Of a DNA stretch of 64,000 nt, positions 22,276 to 34,674 are shown piece after piece. A program made the position numbers and the translations under genes. Positions within the stretch are counted from its first letter, which is position 1. Each line of letters begins with the position of its first letter. Source of the DNA: Octopus sinensis (taxonomy: Eukaryota); NCBI RefSeq assembly GCF_006345805.1, contig NC_043010.1:41044001-41108000 (forward strand), read 5' to 3'. The notes under the pieces were generated by a model, which had not been told where the DNA came from, searched no databases, and worked only from the letters and a program-made list of their open reading frames with translations.

Positions 22276-22329
<54 letters not shown>

Positions 22330-22333
<4 letters not shown>

Positions 22334-22530
22334 TCAATAAAATTCCAACCTAGACTGATTTTCACTGTTCTATATTTTAGAGATGCGAAATTCTGTACAT
22401 TATTTACATTGGACAGATATGTGTCCCCATCTTGTTTGTTGCTACCACAACGTTTTGGCTGATTTACTCTGCAGCCTTTAGTAGGTGTCCTGATAGAATT
22501 TTGAAGCCAGCCCTGGGTTCTCATTACATT
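22330..22530 (-). mobile_element. pLTR fragment with decayed minimal hammerhead (family 3)
   Basis: 22446-22487 minus reads CAC-CUACUAA-AGGCUG..CAGCC-AAAAC-GUU/GUG; homologous to 41590-41750; abuts (TA)n. Confidence 0.7.
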
Positions 22531-24810
22531 CAAGCCAGCGGGTATTAGCTTTAAGTCTCCTCATCTATATAGGAAGGTTAGATGGTTTGAAAGACGAGCT
22601 AGGTTTTGATGGAGTTTCTCTGTAAGTCTCCATTGAAGTCTAATGTCGGGCTCCGTGTCGATTAGATAATACAGTTCTATATTTGAGAGGTGAGGAATTA
22701 TGTACATTATTTACATTAAATTCTACCAGGACACCTGATGAAGGCTGGAGAGTAAATCATCCGCGGTATTTGATTCTGACTCTCTGTACTCTGGATTGAA
22801 ATCCAATCGAAGTCAACTTTGTCATGCATCTTTTCGGAATTAATAAAAAGATTATCGATTCAGTACAGGGCGGAAATGTGAGAGGGCAGGGTGAGACTCT
22901 TTGCGGTATCTGAACTGGCTGTTTTCATTCTGAGAGCAACGACACTGGTGCCAAGCTGATTTGGCCCAAACGGCAGCCTTTCCCTTGGATAAACATTGGT
23001 ATCGTGGAGATTAGAAACTTGTATACATTATGAAAATCTGGTCTTTCTCAAAAAAATCTAACCCAGTCCTGTACATATATGTCCAGATGCAAGGTCAACA
23101 TAGAGCGACGGAGGCCGCACACTACTCTAAATAACCCTATTGATTTTGTAATTCTTCTATCTACTGGAATGAATAATATTTTGCAGTATCTGTTTCGGAT
23201 CATTATATTCCAGTTTCAAATTCTGTCGAGGTCAACTTTGCTTTTTATTCATTTTGGAGTCGATAAAATACAAAATAAAGTAGCAGTCAAGTACTGGGAC
23301 AGACAATATAGACTAAGTCCCATCTTTCAAGATTGCTGGCCTTGTATCTAAATCAGAAATCATCCTTGCTGTACCTCTTCCGATTCTTTACGTTCTGAAT
23401 TTAAATTTTATTGAGGTCGACTTTACCTTTCATTCTTTCGCAGTCAATAAAAGAAAACGCCGGTCAAATACTGACTTATATTTTGCAGTATCGGTTTCGG
23501 ATTATTATATTCCAGTTTCAAATTCTGTTGAGGTCAACTTTGCTTTTTATTCATTTTGGAGTCGATAAAGTCGACCTCAATAAAATTTGAATTCAAAATG
23601 TTAAGAATCAGAAGAGGTACAGCAAGGATGATTTCTGATATAGGTACAAGGCCAACAATCTTGAAAGATGGGAGTTTGTCTATATTGATGTAATCCACTT
23701 CCCTTCCTCTCGAACACTGTTGGCCTTGTGCCAACATTTGAAACCATATTTATTATTAGTGAGACGGCGAAGGAGGTAAGCTGGCAGAAACGTTAGCGTG
23801 CGGGACAAAATGGTTGGCGGCATTTCGTCTACCTCGACGTTTCGAGTTCAAATTCCACCGCGGCCGACTTTGCTTTTCATCCTTTCGGTGTCAACAGTAC
23901 CAGTTAAGCACTCAGGTCGATATAATCGACTTATTCCCACCCACCCGAAATTGCTGGCCTTGTGCATTTCATCGTTTTGGTGGTCGATAAAATGAGCACC
24001 AGTTAAAAACCGAAGTTGATATAGTCGATTAACCCCACCCCACCTCAAACTGTTCAAGCCTTGTACCTGTTGTAAGAAGAATCATTATAATCATCGTTGT
24101 TGCTATTTAGTAGTAGTGGTAGTAGTAGTAGTAGTAGTGGTAGTAGTAGTAGTGGTAGTAGTAGTAGTAGTAGTACCAGCAGCAGTAGTAATGATAGTCA
24201 AATTTTGTAGCGAAGCAGTCAATTCTTTTCCAGACGTTATTATAACGGTGCTATATTCACGGAAAAAATAGAATAAAATTAAAAAAAGAGGGAAAAAATA
24301 CCTAACTCTAGATTCAAGCCTAGAATACTAAACTTCAAAGAGAAACCATAGGATAGGAAGCAACAACAACACAGCATAATTGACTGATGTTCTGTCAATC
24401 TACCTTGTCGGGTTAAAAGAAAGTACTGATGCTATGCGATATTGTTTTCCGTTTTTGTTCTGTTCTATTGACACTCTTTCTAAACCAATACGGAGTTGGG
24501 TTATTGTTCGTGTTGTGTTGTTGTTGTTTTTGTTTTTGTTATATCCTGCTTTAGTATTTATCTTTTAATTTAGCGTTTACTTTTTTAACTTTTACATCAT
24601 ATTTTTGTCCGAACTTCAAAAGTGTGTTGTATTATGGTTTCATAAATGAAACAATACGAGTGTTTAATAAACTACTGATGTTTTGTTTCAAAGTTATAAT
24701 TACCACCACAGAACATATATCTGTAGATGTTAGCCAACATTATATATAAAACACCAGAAGAAAAAAAATGATGGAGAATTAAGCATCTTCAAAACTTGTT
24801 TATTACAGTA

Positions 24811-24981
24811 GATTTCAGTCCCGACACGTGTTTCTGCTACATAGCTATCCGAATGTCCTTCGATGTAGCATTTATGTGCTGATTCAGTTGATTCAATTGC
24901 AGTATATATTCGTCCAGGGTAGATGTATCCATGCAGCTTTAGAACACTTATGCAGCAGAAACACACGTTGGGACTGAAATC
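24811..24981. mobile_element. 171-bp MITE with ~30-bp TIRs and TA TSD (Tc1/mariner type)
   Basis: TA|GATTTCAGTCCCGACACGTGTTTCTGCT ... AGCAGAAACACACGTTGGGACTGAAATC|TA. Confidence 0.75.
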
Positions 24982-25278
24982 TAAACCTGAATGTAAAGTG
25001 AATAATACTGCAATAAACAAATTTTGAAGATGTGTAATTCTCCACTCTTCTTCATGTCTTGAATAAATATGCGTGTGTGTGTACTCTGTGATGCTGTATA
25101 AGATCTAAGGAAATTAACTCAGGGTTTACCTGTCAAGTGAAGTGTCATTGTACTTGTTTACCTTAAACAATTTTGTGTTTCCTATCATTCAATGTGGTTA
25201 GCTAGAACATGGATTACATCAGAGTACTAATTCAAAATCCCTATTCCTTTACCTTGTATATATATATATATATATATT

Positions 25279-26268
25279 TGTAGCGGTATCTGACATCCTC
25301 ACTGTTTGAGAGACACGGTAGGAATGATCTCGTTTGAGATTACAGCCATCTTTGGCCGAGTTGTTCCTGTTGTGTCGACTGATCTGATTAGTTGACATGT
25401 GGGGCGATTTGTCCCTACTTATTTCGCGCCACTGTCCAAAGCCAACCAATCACGGCCTTTGGTTAAGGTCCCTTTTCCTAGGCTCTGTTGAGCCACCTTT
25501 CTTGTATATAAAGGATTGTTCTCAGTATACTTGGTCTTTGACTCCAGACCTTCCAAGGTCTGGTCACTGACCACAGAGCTACTCAACGTTTCAGTTCCAG
25601 CGACAGACGATTGCTCCTGCTACAACCAGCGACGACGCTAACATACACCAGCACCGCAGAACGCCTTCTATCTCCGCCGCCGTCGTCACCATCATTGTAC
25701 CAACTTCAAGTCGTCTCTACCATCATCCACTTTAGATATGTACACAACAACTTCACAGACCCACGCTGTTAGAGTGAATCCCTTCACCAAGTAAAACAGT
25801 CCATCTGAAGAATTTTATATTAGAACCAGCTCGACGATTGAGACCACAACCGCGGCTCGACAATATTCGTCCAACCGGTCTCCGCCCGAGACACATCTTG
25901 ATATGGAACTCTTACATATTGTGTACCTTATGAACTGTAAACCAATTTCCATCATTAACTCTACGCTCTGTACTTTCTGTCACACGCATTTACCCTCATT
26001 TGTATCGGTTACACACACGAACACACAGACACAAACACTTGTTGCATGCACACATACACAACACTTGCTAGCACTCACAACCCTCTAACCTTAACACCTT
26101 GTAAATAAAATCTTATCTTCTCTCAAAGTGGAACGGCTTGTCGTCATTCATCTATATTCTGTTGGCACTGCATTGTATAAATTGTATTTATGGCTTATCT
26201 TATTTCGTTTGGGATGCGACCGTGTGACTTACCTATGTCGCCAACCTCCACATACGGTCGTATTTCCA
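25279..26268 (+). mobile_element. Probable solo LTR (~990 bp)
   Basis: Starts TGTAGCGG; CCAAT box (~25446), TATATAAA (~25505), AATAAA (~26104); ends ...CA at 26252 or 26268; embedded in (TA)n. No clear TSD. Confidence 0.55.
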
Positions 26269-26574
26269 ATATATATATATATATTCAATGGGCTTATTTC
26301 AGTCTCCATCTACCAAACCCACTCACAAGACTTTGGTGAACCAAGAGGAGTAACAGGCGGCACTTGCTCAAGGTGCCTTGCAATGGGATTGAACCCCAAA
26401 ACATATGGTTGAGTAACGAACTTCTTAACCACACAGCCATGCCTGTGCCGATACGCATATTCTAAGGTACCATGCAGTATTCCCCCCCGTTTGACTTTGT
26501 TTTGTATTGTTGTTGCAAAGTAATTTTGTTAACGCTTCCTTCATGTAAAACAACTGAACCATACGGTAGAGAAG

Positions 26575-26885
26575 AGAGCGTGAAGACACGTGGCTCAGTA
26601 GTTAGAGTATTCAGCTCATGATCGTAAGGTCCTGAGTTTGATTCCTGACAGCACGTTGTGTCTTGGAGCAAAACATTTTATTTCACGTTGTTCCAATCCA
26701 CTCAGCTGGCAAAATTAGTTGTAACTGTAATTACAAAAGGGGCTAACCTGATCGCATTCTGTCACGCTGAATCTCCCTGAGAACTTCGTTAAGGGCACGC
26801 GTGTTTGTGGAGTGCTCAGCTCCTTGCATGTTAATTTCACGAGGAGATTGTTCTGTTGATCAGATCAACTGGAACATTCGTCAGC
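26575..26885 (+). mobile_element. tRNA-derived SINE with CORE/Meta-like domain
   Basis: GTGGCTCAGTAGTTAGAG A-box, GAGTTTGATTCC B-box, CACTCAGCTGGCAAAA domain. Confidence 0.75.
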
Positions 26886-26939
26886 CAACCAAACAAAAGG
26901 TTAGCGAATGGAATTATAAGCCAAATAATGTCGTCCTTA

Positions 26940-28400
26940 TCAGGAGATGCATTATAATTTTAAAATTTTCGAACCTTATTAGATGTATAAGGGGTTTGTT
27001 TTTTTTTAATTCTATTATTCTTATTTCTAATCATGAGGACAATTAGATGAACGGAATAATACATTGGTTCTCGTATTTAGTATACCATGATTCCCATTTG
27101 TACATTAATCCTTACTCAATCTTATTCCTATTCATGCCAGTTCGTTTAAAATTATTACTATCATGAGAAACATCCTTGTTGTTAGAGACACTGATGTCCA
27201 TATCTTAGGATAATATTTCAATTTTTGTTTACATCTAGTTTTGTTGAGTGCCACATTATAATAGTCAGCCTTTTTGTCAAAAATATCCTTATTAAACAAT
27301 AGATTAGAAATTATTTTAGAGATATAAACTAAAAAACGTCTTTTACAGAACCGGGATGATTACTTCCAACATTCATATACTTGGAATTAGGATGGATGTA
27401 TGGTTCATAGCTGCCAGTAAAGGGATTAACATCCAGGAAGTTAACCGATTCATGTTAATTTTCTATTGTTATAGAGAGTCCAAAACTCTTTAAAAACCTG
27501 TAAAATTTCTTCTAATACAGTTCAAGTTTCCTATTAGATAGATTCCTAATGGTAAAAACGGCAACACGTTGGAATGTAACTCCTTTCTGGAAACATTCTC
27601 CTCTGATGAAATACCCAATTAACCAGTTTCAATACGAACATTTTTAATTAATTTAATTCATTTCTCTAATTGAATTGAATTGGCTATGGAAACGGCTGTA
27701 GGGATAAGAATTTCATATCATATTGATTTGAATGTCTTGGAATAAACTGATGTCTTTACGTCAATTTCTCCATTTTCTTCTTTTTCTCATTCATAATTTA
27801 AATAGCCATATCCATCAATGCAAAACTAACGTATTTATTTTTTTCACTGAACACTGGTAAAACCTGGAGAAATGGGATGCAAACACACACATATATATGT
27901 ATATATATACACACACACACATATATATGTATATATATATACACACACACATACATATATATATATGTATATATATATATACACACATATATGTATATAT
28001 ATATATATACACACACATATATATGTATATATATATACACACACATATATGTATATATATATACACACACATATATGTATATATACACACACACACACCA
28101 CACACATATATATATATGTGTATATATACATACAGACACATATATATATGTATATATACATACAGACACATATATATACGTATACACACACACGCACGCA
28201 CACACACACACAACCACACATATATACATATATACATTATAAGAATATAAAACTTCTGCATATTTTTTTCTCCAAAGGGCAAGTGAACAAAACATTAGAA
28301 ATTCATTCTTCCAATCAAATTAACTTGCAGCAATTTTCGTTTTTTTTCTTTTTCTTTAAATTTTTATAAATCAACTTTGTCAGAAGTAGTCTACAATCAG
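26940..28400 (-). pseudogene. Decayed Penelope-like element reverse transcriptase, interrupted by a (TA/CA)n tract at ~27880-28235
   Basis: Minus strand 27500-27200 reads RFLKSFGLSITIEN*HESVNFLDVNPFTGSYEPYIHPNSKYMNVGSNHPGSVKDVF and IISNLLFNKDIFDKKADYYNVALNKTRCKQKLKY, matching the PLE RT thumb region; stops and frameshifts present. The part above ~27800 is less certain. Confidence 0.75.
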
Positions 28401-28579
28401 TTTCCTTGGATTCTGTAATATTCTTACCTCGTCGTCCAACAGACAACAATATTCTTCTCATGACGAGCCGCCCAACCATTGTGATTAGACACCACTCCAA
28501 TTTCACGGTTGCCTGATTATCAACCAAAACGAGTGTCCTTATGTCATGTTATTTACATTTGCTATATCCAAATGTCCAA

Positions 28580-29139
28580 AATAGAAAATAATAAAACACA
28601 CACATACACACACACGCTCATGCATGAACATACACACATGCACACAAACGAACACACATACACGCACACACACAAGTACATGCACACACAACCATGTCAG
28701 TGTGTAGAAACATACAAAAAATCCTCTTGGAAATATAAAGAAAACATTTGACAGTTAATATTTGAATGCACATAGAAATGACACTTTATGTAAATGTGTA
28801 TATGGGATGAGTGCGTGTGTGTGTGTGTGTGTAGCGCGCGCGCACGTCCAGTGTGTCTATGTACGTGTGGAAGAAAGTTTCATTGTATACTGGTGGGGGT
28901 GGGTCACTTTGTGCGAGATTCAATGGGAATGTATAAAACTTGTACCCATAGGTGTATATGTGAAAATGAGTGTGTATAAAGAGGCATGCATACTGGAATG
29001 TGGAGAGATATATAGTGTGTATGCATATATGCATGAATGCATGTATATATATATGTGTGTACATACATATATATATGTGCGTGTACATATATATATATGT
29101 ATACATAAACACACCATACATTTTATATGCATGTGTGTG

Positions 29140-29170
<31 letters not shown>

Positions 29171-29433
29171 TTATACATATACACACACACACACACATAT
29201 ATACGTAAACATATGTGTGTTTATGTATTTGTGTATATGTCTATCTTTTGAAAAATGTGTGTGTGTGTGTGTATATATATATATGTATATATATATAAGT
29301 AAATATGTGAGTGTGTGTGCATGTACATGTGCACATATGCATGTAAATATATATAAATGCATTATTTATGTATGCACTTATGTATAAATGCATATAAGCA
29401 GTTGTGTGTGTGTGCATGAGGGTGTATGTGCAT

Positions 29434-29464
<31 letters not shown>

Positions 29465-29465
29465 C
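28580..29465. repeat. Mixed (CA)/(TG)/(TA) microsatellite field immediately downstream of the FAM184-like stop codon (likely 3' UTR)
   Basis: Read directly; position relative to the stop at 29479. Confidence 0.85.
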
Positions 29466-29478
29466 CATTGTAAAGTGT

Positions 29479-29661
29479 TCATTTTTTGAAATACATTGGT
29501 GGTAAAGGTGGTACTGGGTTTAGTTTTTCATCATGGACAGGTGATCCCGGTAAGTGTTCTAGACGACATTGGTTCTGTTGTAAAGTGGAGGAAATCTGTG
29601 TCTGCTGTAAGCTGGGGGCACTGGTGTATTTGCGGGGAGGAGGTTCCGATCTTGCTTTGGT
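29479..29661 (-). CDS. FAM184A: FAM184-like, terminal coding exon (60 aa + TGA)
   Basis: Acceptor TTTCTGTTTCAG; TKARSEPPPRKYTSAPSLQQ...RLEHLPGSPVHDEKLNPVPPLPPMYFKK*, comparable to the FAM184A C-terminal RFVSVPNL...RLDPIPNSPVHD motif; phase 0 fits the upstream exon. Confidence 0.85.
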   Translation of the reverse strand, partial: TKARSEPPPRKYTSAPSLQQTQISSTLQQNQCRLEHLPGSPVHDEKLNPVPPLPPMYFKK

Positions 29662-29854
29662 CTGAAACAGAAATAATAAAACACTATTAATGGCTTTTCT
29701 CTACAGCATAATTAACTGTAATTAGCTTTTTAATGCTCCCTGCATTAAATACGATATCACAGACATTAAAATGTGTGAGGGTGTGTGTGTGTGCATGCGT
29801 GTATGTATGTATGTATGTATGTATGTATGTATGTGTGTATGTATGTGTGTATGT

Positions 29855-30835
29855 ATACAGGGTGCTCAGGCTAAAGGTGAGGATTTCTTATTTCTCCTTT
29901 TTGAGGGAACAGCTTGCTGCATTGGTGGACAATTAACAGCGTTGGAGAGCATAAAGGTTAAAGTTGTAGCTGAGAAGTTAGCTGATATGGCGGACTAGAA
30001 GCCATTTGAATATTGGGAAAGAGTTACTTGTATCGAGGTGATGTTGAAATGCTGACATCATGGCTGCTACTCAATTCTCTGTGAACATTGTAAAGGCTGT
30101 ATGATGTGGCATTTAAGACGGCTGCAAAGGAGACTATGAAGCTGTGACCAGCTGGAAGGGATAGTGCAGGCGTTTTAACTGCGTCCACACACCAGAATTC
30201 ATCCAAGAACTGCAGGACAAGGGAATGGAAAATCTGAGCAACGAAATCTCGGTTTTGGCAAGATGGGTGCTGGAGTCACTACCATGAAGCTGGCTCTGAA
30301 TGCAGACTTTCACTACCACTTGTACAAGAGGTGCAGGGGACAAATTCTGACAGCCAAGGCCAAGGAGAACCACTTGACAAATGCAAGGAAACTCCTGAAC
30401 AAGCTAAGGCATCCTGTTGAGCCAGGGATGATCTGGTTCTTCTCAGATGAAAAGAACTTCTGCCTGTACCAGCTGCACAACACCCAGAACAACAGGTGAC
30501 TTTCCTACAATATATGCAATGGCTCATCTATCATGAAAACCAAGTTCCCCCAAACTGTGACGGTCTTTGGGTGTGTCTCCAGGGAGGGTGACATCATGCT
30601 GACCCACATCTTTGAACAAGTCCTTAGGCTCAGTTCATATGGCTATGTGAAGCTACTGAAAACTATGGTCAAAATCTGGCTGGAGAAGGTTGCTGCTGAA
30701 AGGCCATATGCATGGCAGCAGGATTTGGCTCCTTGCCATACTTCCAGAAAGAGTCAGAAGTGGTTATCAGAGAATCACTATGACTTCACCAGCCCAAATT
30801 TCTGGCTTCCTAATTCCCCTGATCATAATCCTTTT
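29855..30835 (+). mobile_element. maT-type (DD37D-like) Tc1/mariner transposon relic
   Basis: TA|CAGGGTG start; WFFSDEKNF, VTVFGCVS, WQQDLAPCHTS and FWLPNSPDHNP motifs; frameshifted and 3'-truncated. Confidence 0.8.
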
Positions 30836-31560
30836 TCCCATGAAGTTCCCTTTTCTGTTGTGGTTGAGCTTTTTCCCTTTTATCAAGCCATTGTTTACAA
30901 CGTTTAACATTTCGATAGAAGATCCATTTTACGTCTATCCGAAGAGGGTGAAATGAGTTTGCGAGAATGGAAAGAAGAGCAGATGTCAACTCAGGATTTG
31001 CGGTTGCTTTCGGACAATTCATTTGGCACCCATTTTCTAAGTTTAGGAACCTTTCCAAGTTGTTGAAGATGACAATGAACAGTTGTATGGTTTGAACTAA
31101 GCTTTATTGTCAATTCTTCAACTGATAATGCAGGATTTTCTTCAAGTAATGCCTCAAGGAGATTATCATCAAACTCAACTGGACATCTTGTTTGATCTTC
31201 ATCTTCAAGGCTGAAATCTCCACTTCTTAATGTTGCAAACCATCTTCTGCAAGTTCTTTCATTGAAGCATTCTTTCCCATAAACTGAGGGTATGTTTCGA
31301 GTCGCTTCGGCAGCAGAGTTTCCTTTTTTTATAATCATAAAGCATTATGTGCCTCAAATGCTCTTTGGATACTTCCATGTTAGAAAGGGTTTTAATCAAA
31401 GAAATTTTAATTCTATTATTCTGTAAAATAATAATTAGTTTAAATGTACACAAATGCATAAAAATCATTTTTTAATTCCATTTGACATTCTAAAATACTA
31501 TTAAATTTCATTCAATTTTAAAAAAGGTAAAATCGGACAGAACTTATGGGATGACCTCAT
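30836..31560 (-). mobile_element. mariner (DD34D family) transposon 5' half
   Basis: MEVSKEHLRHIMLY, KGNSAAEATRNI..VYG..ERTCRRWF...GDFSLED, WVPNEL, KWIFYRN; TIR TGAGGTCATCCCATAAGTTCTGTCCG near 31535-31560. Confidence 0.85.
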
Positions 31561-31620
31561 ATATATTTATCTCTTTTATGCAAGTATATATATATATATA
31601 TACTTATATATATATATATA

Positions 31621-31900
31621 TACGAGGGGGTACCCAAAAGTTGCTGGAAGCATTTGCTGTCAAACAAGCCCGTTGTAGTTCAGGTTTCCGCTGCTAGAAG
31701 CCACTTGATGCAACCCTCAGGCATCAGTCTACCAACCAGCGGCATCCACTGAAGTCATACTGCCTAATGGTGCGTCTTTGCTTTTCAGTGCTTCTCCCTT
31801 GTTCATCAATTTTTGTGATGACTGAAACGAAAGGACAGTGTGCTTCTGTGAAATTCTGTTTTCTGGTGAGGGGAAACAGTGGCTAAAACAGTTCTCAAAC
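31621..31900 (+). mobile_element. mariner-type 5' fragment
   Basis: TA|CGAGGGGGTACCCAAAAGTT start and a degenerate EQRACIKFCF-like N-terminus (TETKGQCASVKFCFL). Confidence 0.55.
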
Positions 31901-32053
31901 ACATACACATATTCTGTTTACCAAATCCACTCACAAGGCTTTGGTTAGCTTGAGGCTATAATGGAAGATACTCACTCAGGGTTGCACATAGTGGGACTGA
32001 ACCTGGAACCAAGTAGTTGAGAAGCTAATTTCTTACCACACAACCATGCCTGC

Positions 32054-32167
<114 letters not shown>

Positions 32168-33085
32168 AGAGAGAGAGAGAAACTTTGAAGAGGAGTGGTT
32201 CTCACTTAACCCACACCTGTCAAATCTGTCAAATTAGTTAATATTGTTTGAGGCTGAAAAAAGGCCAAGCAGATGAAGTATCAGACTCTGGATTATTGTG
32301 TCCTGAGTTCAGATATGCTATTCACCTTTTTTCATATTTTCATGGCAGGACACATTATTCCACAGTCCTTCAGGTCATGTGCCAGCTGTCAGGACTAGGT
32401 ATTATGACTGATGATAAAAGCAGCGAGATGGCAGGATTGTTACTGCACCAGACAAAATGATTAGCACCATTTTCTCCATCTTGACATTCTGAGTTCAAAA
32501 TTCTGCCAAGATTGACTTTGCCTTTCATTCTATCCAATTTGATGAAATATGTACCAGTTGAGCACTGGAGTTAATGCAACTGAGTGGCTCCCTCCCAAAA
32601 AATTTCATGGCCATGTACCTATAGTAGACAGGGTTATTACTAAAGATAGACTTGTATCCTACCCGTGAGAAATGTTTAACTCCCATCTACTTCGCTCGAT
32701 GAAAGTCTTGAGTTAAGCACTTGCTCCAAAATACTCTTTGGAACCTAATCCCTAGGTGCCCTATAGTTTCAGCTGATTCAGTGAATGAACAAATGAACGA
32801 GCAAGCATGCATGTCAACAATGAATAGTTGAATGAACAAAAGAGGCAGAGAGACAGATGGTTCCCCCATGACTGAGATGCTCAGACACCAACTCTATTTC
32901 TATACAACTCTACCAATGAGACATGTCCACCTGTTCAGACATCAAACTGGAGTCAACCTCAGAGAAGGAATATCCTATCAACCAGTATTTGGTGTTTATA
33001 TCCTGGTAATTAGTTCTTGTGCAATGAAACAGTCCATCATTTAGAATGATAAGAGTTAAAAGGAATGAGGAAATCCAATACATAC

Positions 33086-33190
33086 CTTTGACAGTGGGTT
33101 GATAAGACCCACCTGTAGACTGGAACCAAAAATCTTATTGAAGTTTGTATCTCTGTTGATTAGTTCCATCTGGAAGAAATGTTTCTCTTC
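33086..33190 (-). CDS. FAM184A: FAM184-like exon (35 aa)
   Basis: AG|EEKHFFQMELINRDTNFNKIFGSSLQVGLINPLSK|GT, matching the hallmark FAM184 motif FYQLELVNRETNFNKVF...VGVINPL. Confidence 0.93.
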
Positions 33191-34494
33191 CTAAAAATTA
33201 CAACAAAAGAAAATACCAAAGTATATCTTTGAAAATTCAAGCTTTCCCCATCCCTACTATCACATCCACCATTTTTTACAATTGCTAATACCACCAACGT
33301 CATCATATGGTTTCACTATCATACCATTGTGTGGTACTTTGGGTAAGTATTTTTTACTTTAGCCCAAGGTCAACTTAATACTTTGCAAGTAAATTTGGTA
33401 GACAGAAACTGTACAAAACCATTGTGTGTGTGTGTGTGTGAATGCTTACAATCCAAGCTCTACATGAAAGTCACTGAGCTACAGATGATGATGTTTGTTG
33501 ATAATTCCCTATCAACAAACCACTGACGAACTGCGTGCTTTTGAAGGTAAGTGAAAAATTCCTTTGGAAAGCAGGTAACGGTTAATAACAGGAAGGTCAT
33601 CCAACCGTAAATCAATGTTTCAATGCTTCAATAATATGTTTTGTCAAACTTTTCTAGCATGGAAAATGACAAACAATTGATGGTCTTCTGCAGAGTTTCC
33701 TTCAATTAGATTCTAAAGACAGGGTACTGGCCTTTGTGAGGTTACTGTAGAAGACACTTCATGAAAGCGTCACACACTGGCACCAAACCTGGACCCATGT
33801 GGTGACAGAGTAAACTTCTCTACAACACACGCCTGCCTGCACTCTATAATTTATTCTAACAATAAATATAAATATTTGCAAGGCAACCCTGTTAGTGCTG
33901 GTGCCGCCATAAAAAGCACCCATGAAAGTGGATGGCATTCAAAAGGAAGCCCAGCAGTAGAAACCATGGCAAAACAGACAGAGCCTGGTGATGCTCCCTG
34001 ACATGCCAGCTCCTGTTACACTGTCCAATCCATGCCAATGCTAAATGATGATGATGATGAGGAGGAGAAGGAGAAGGAGGAAGAAGAGGAAGGGGAGGAA
34101 GAAGAAGGGGCGGGGAGGGGAGGGCGACAACGATGACGATGATGAGGAGCCCTATGTTATAATGGATAAAAAGATAAGCATGTATTTATTCTAACAATTG
34201 CTGAAAATATTTTCAAAACAATTTAACTCCTTGTTACAAGTAGGGAAATATATTTGTGTCACAATTTGTGAACTACCCATCAATGTTATTATGATAAAAA
34301 AAAAAAAAAATCTTTCGATAACACAGTTTCTACAAACATTTGTTTAAATTATTTCAAACCATGACAGCAATGAAAATAACTTGACAATGAATACAACAAT
34401 TAAGACTAGGATGGGAAATAACTATGACAAAAAAATAAATTTTTTAAATTGGAAAGAAAATTAGAAATAAAATGTTTAAAAATTAGAATAGTAC

Positions 34495-34612
34495 CTGTAT
34501 CTTTTTCAATTGTAGCTCCTTGTCATGAATCTCATCACGCAAATGATGTATTTCTTCAAGATCTTCTGGACGGGACTCTCGATTTGAGTATTTCTCCTCA
34601 GCTTTTACCAGT
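34495..34612 (-). CDS. FAM184A: FAM184-like exon (118 nt)
   Basis: LVKAEEKYSNRESRPEDLEEIHHLRDEIHDKELQLKKIQ; conserved RESxPED motif; phase 2 to 0. Confidence 0.92.
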
Positions 34613-34674
34613 CTAATTTATATATAAAATATAAATCAAATTCAGATATATGAGAGATATATGAGGATCAGAAT

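Noticed and set aside
28428-28512. 85-nt minus-strand segment with AG and GTAAGA signals, considered as a FAM184-like exon
   Set aside because: It lies downstream of the in-frame stop at 29479 and has no FAM184 similarity.
32910-33002. Alternative terminal exon just after the 33086-33190 exon (DINTKYWLIG...)
   Set aside because: Poor polypyrimidine tract and no similarity to FAM184, whereas 29479-29661 carries the conserved C-terminal motifs.
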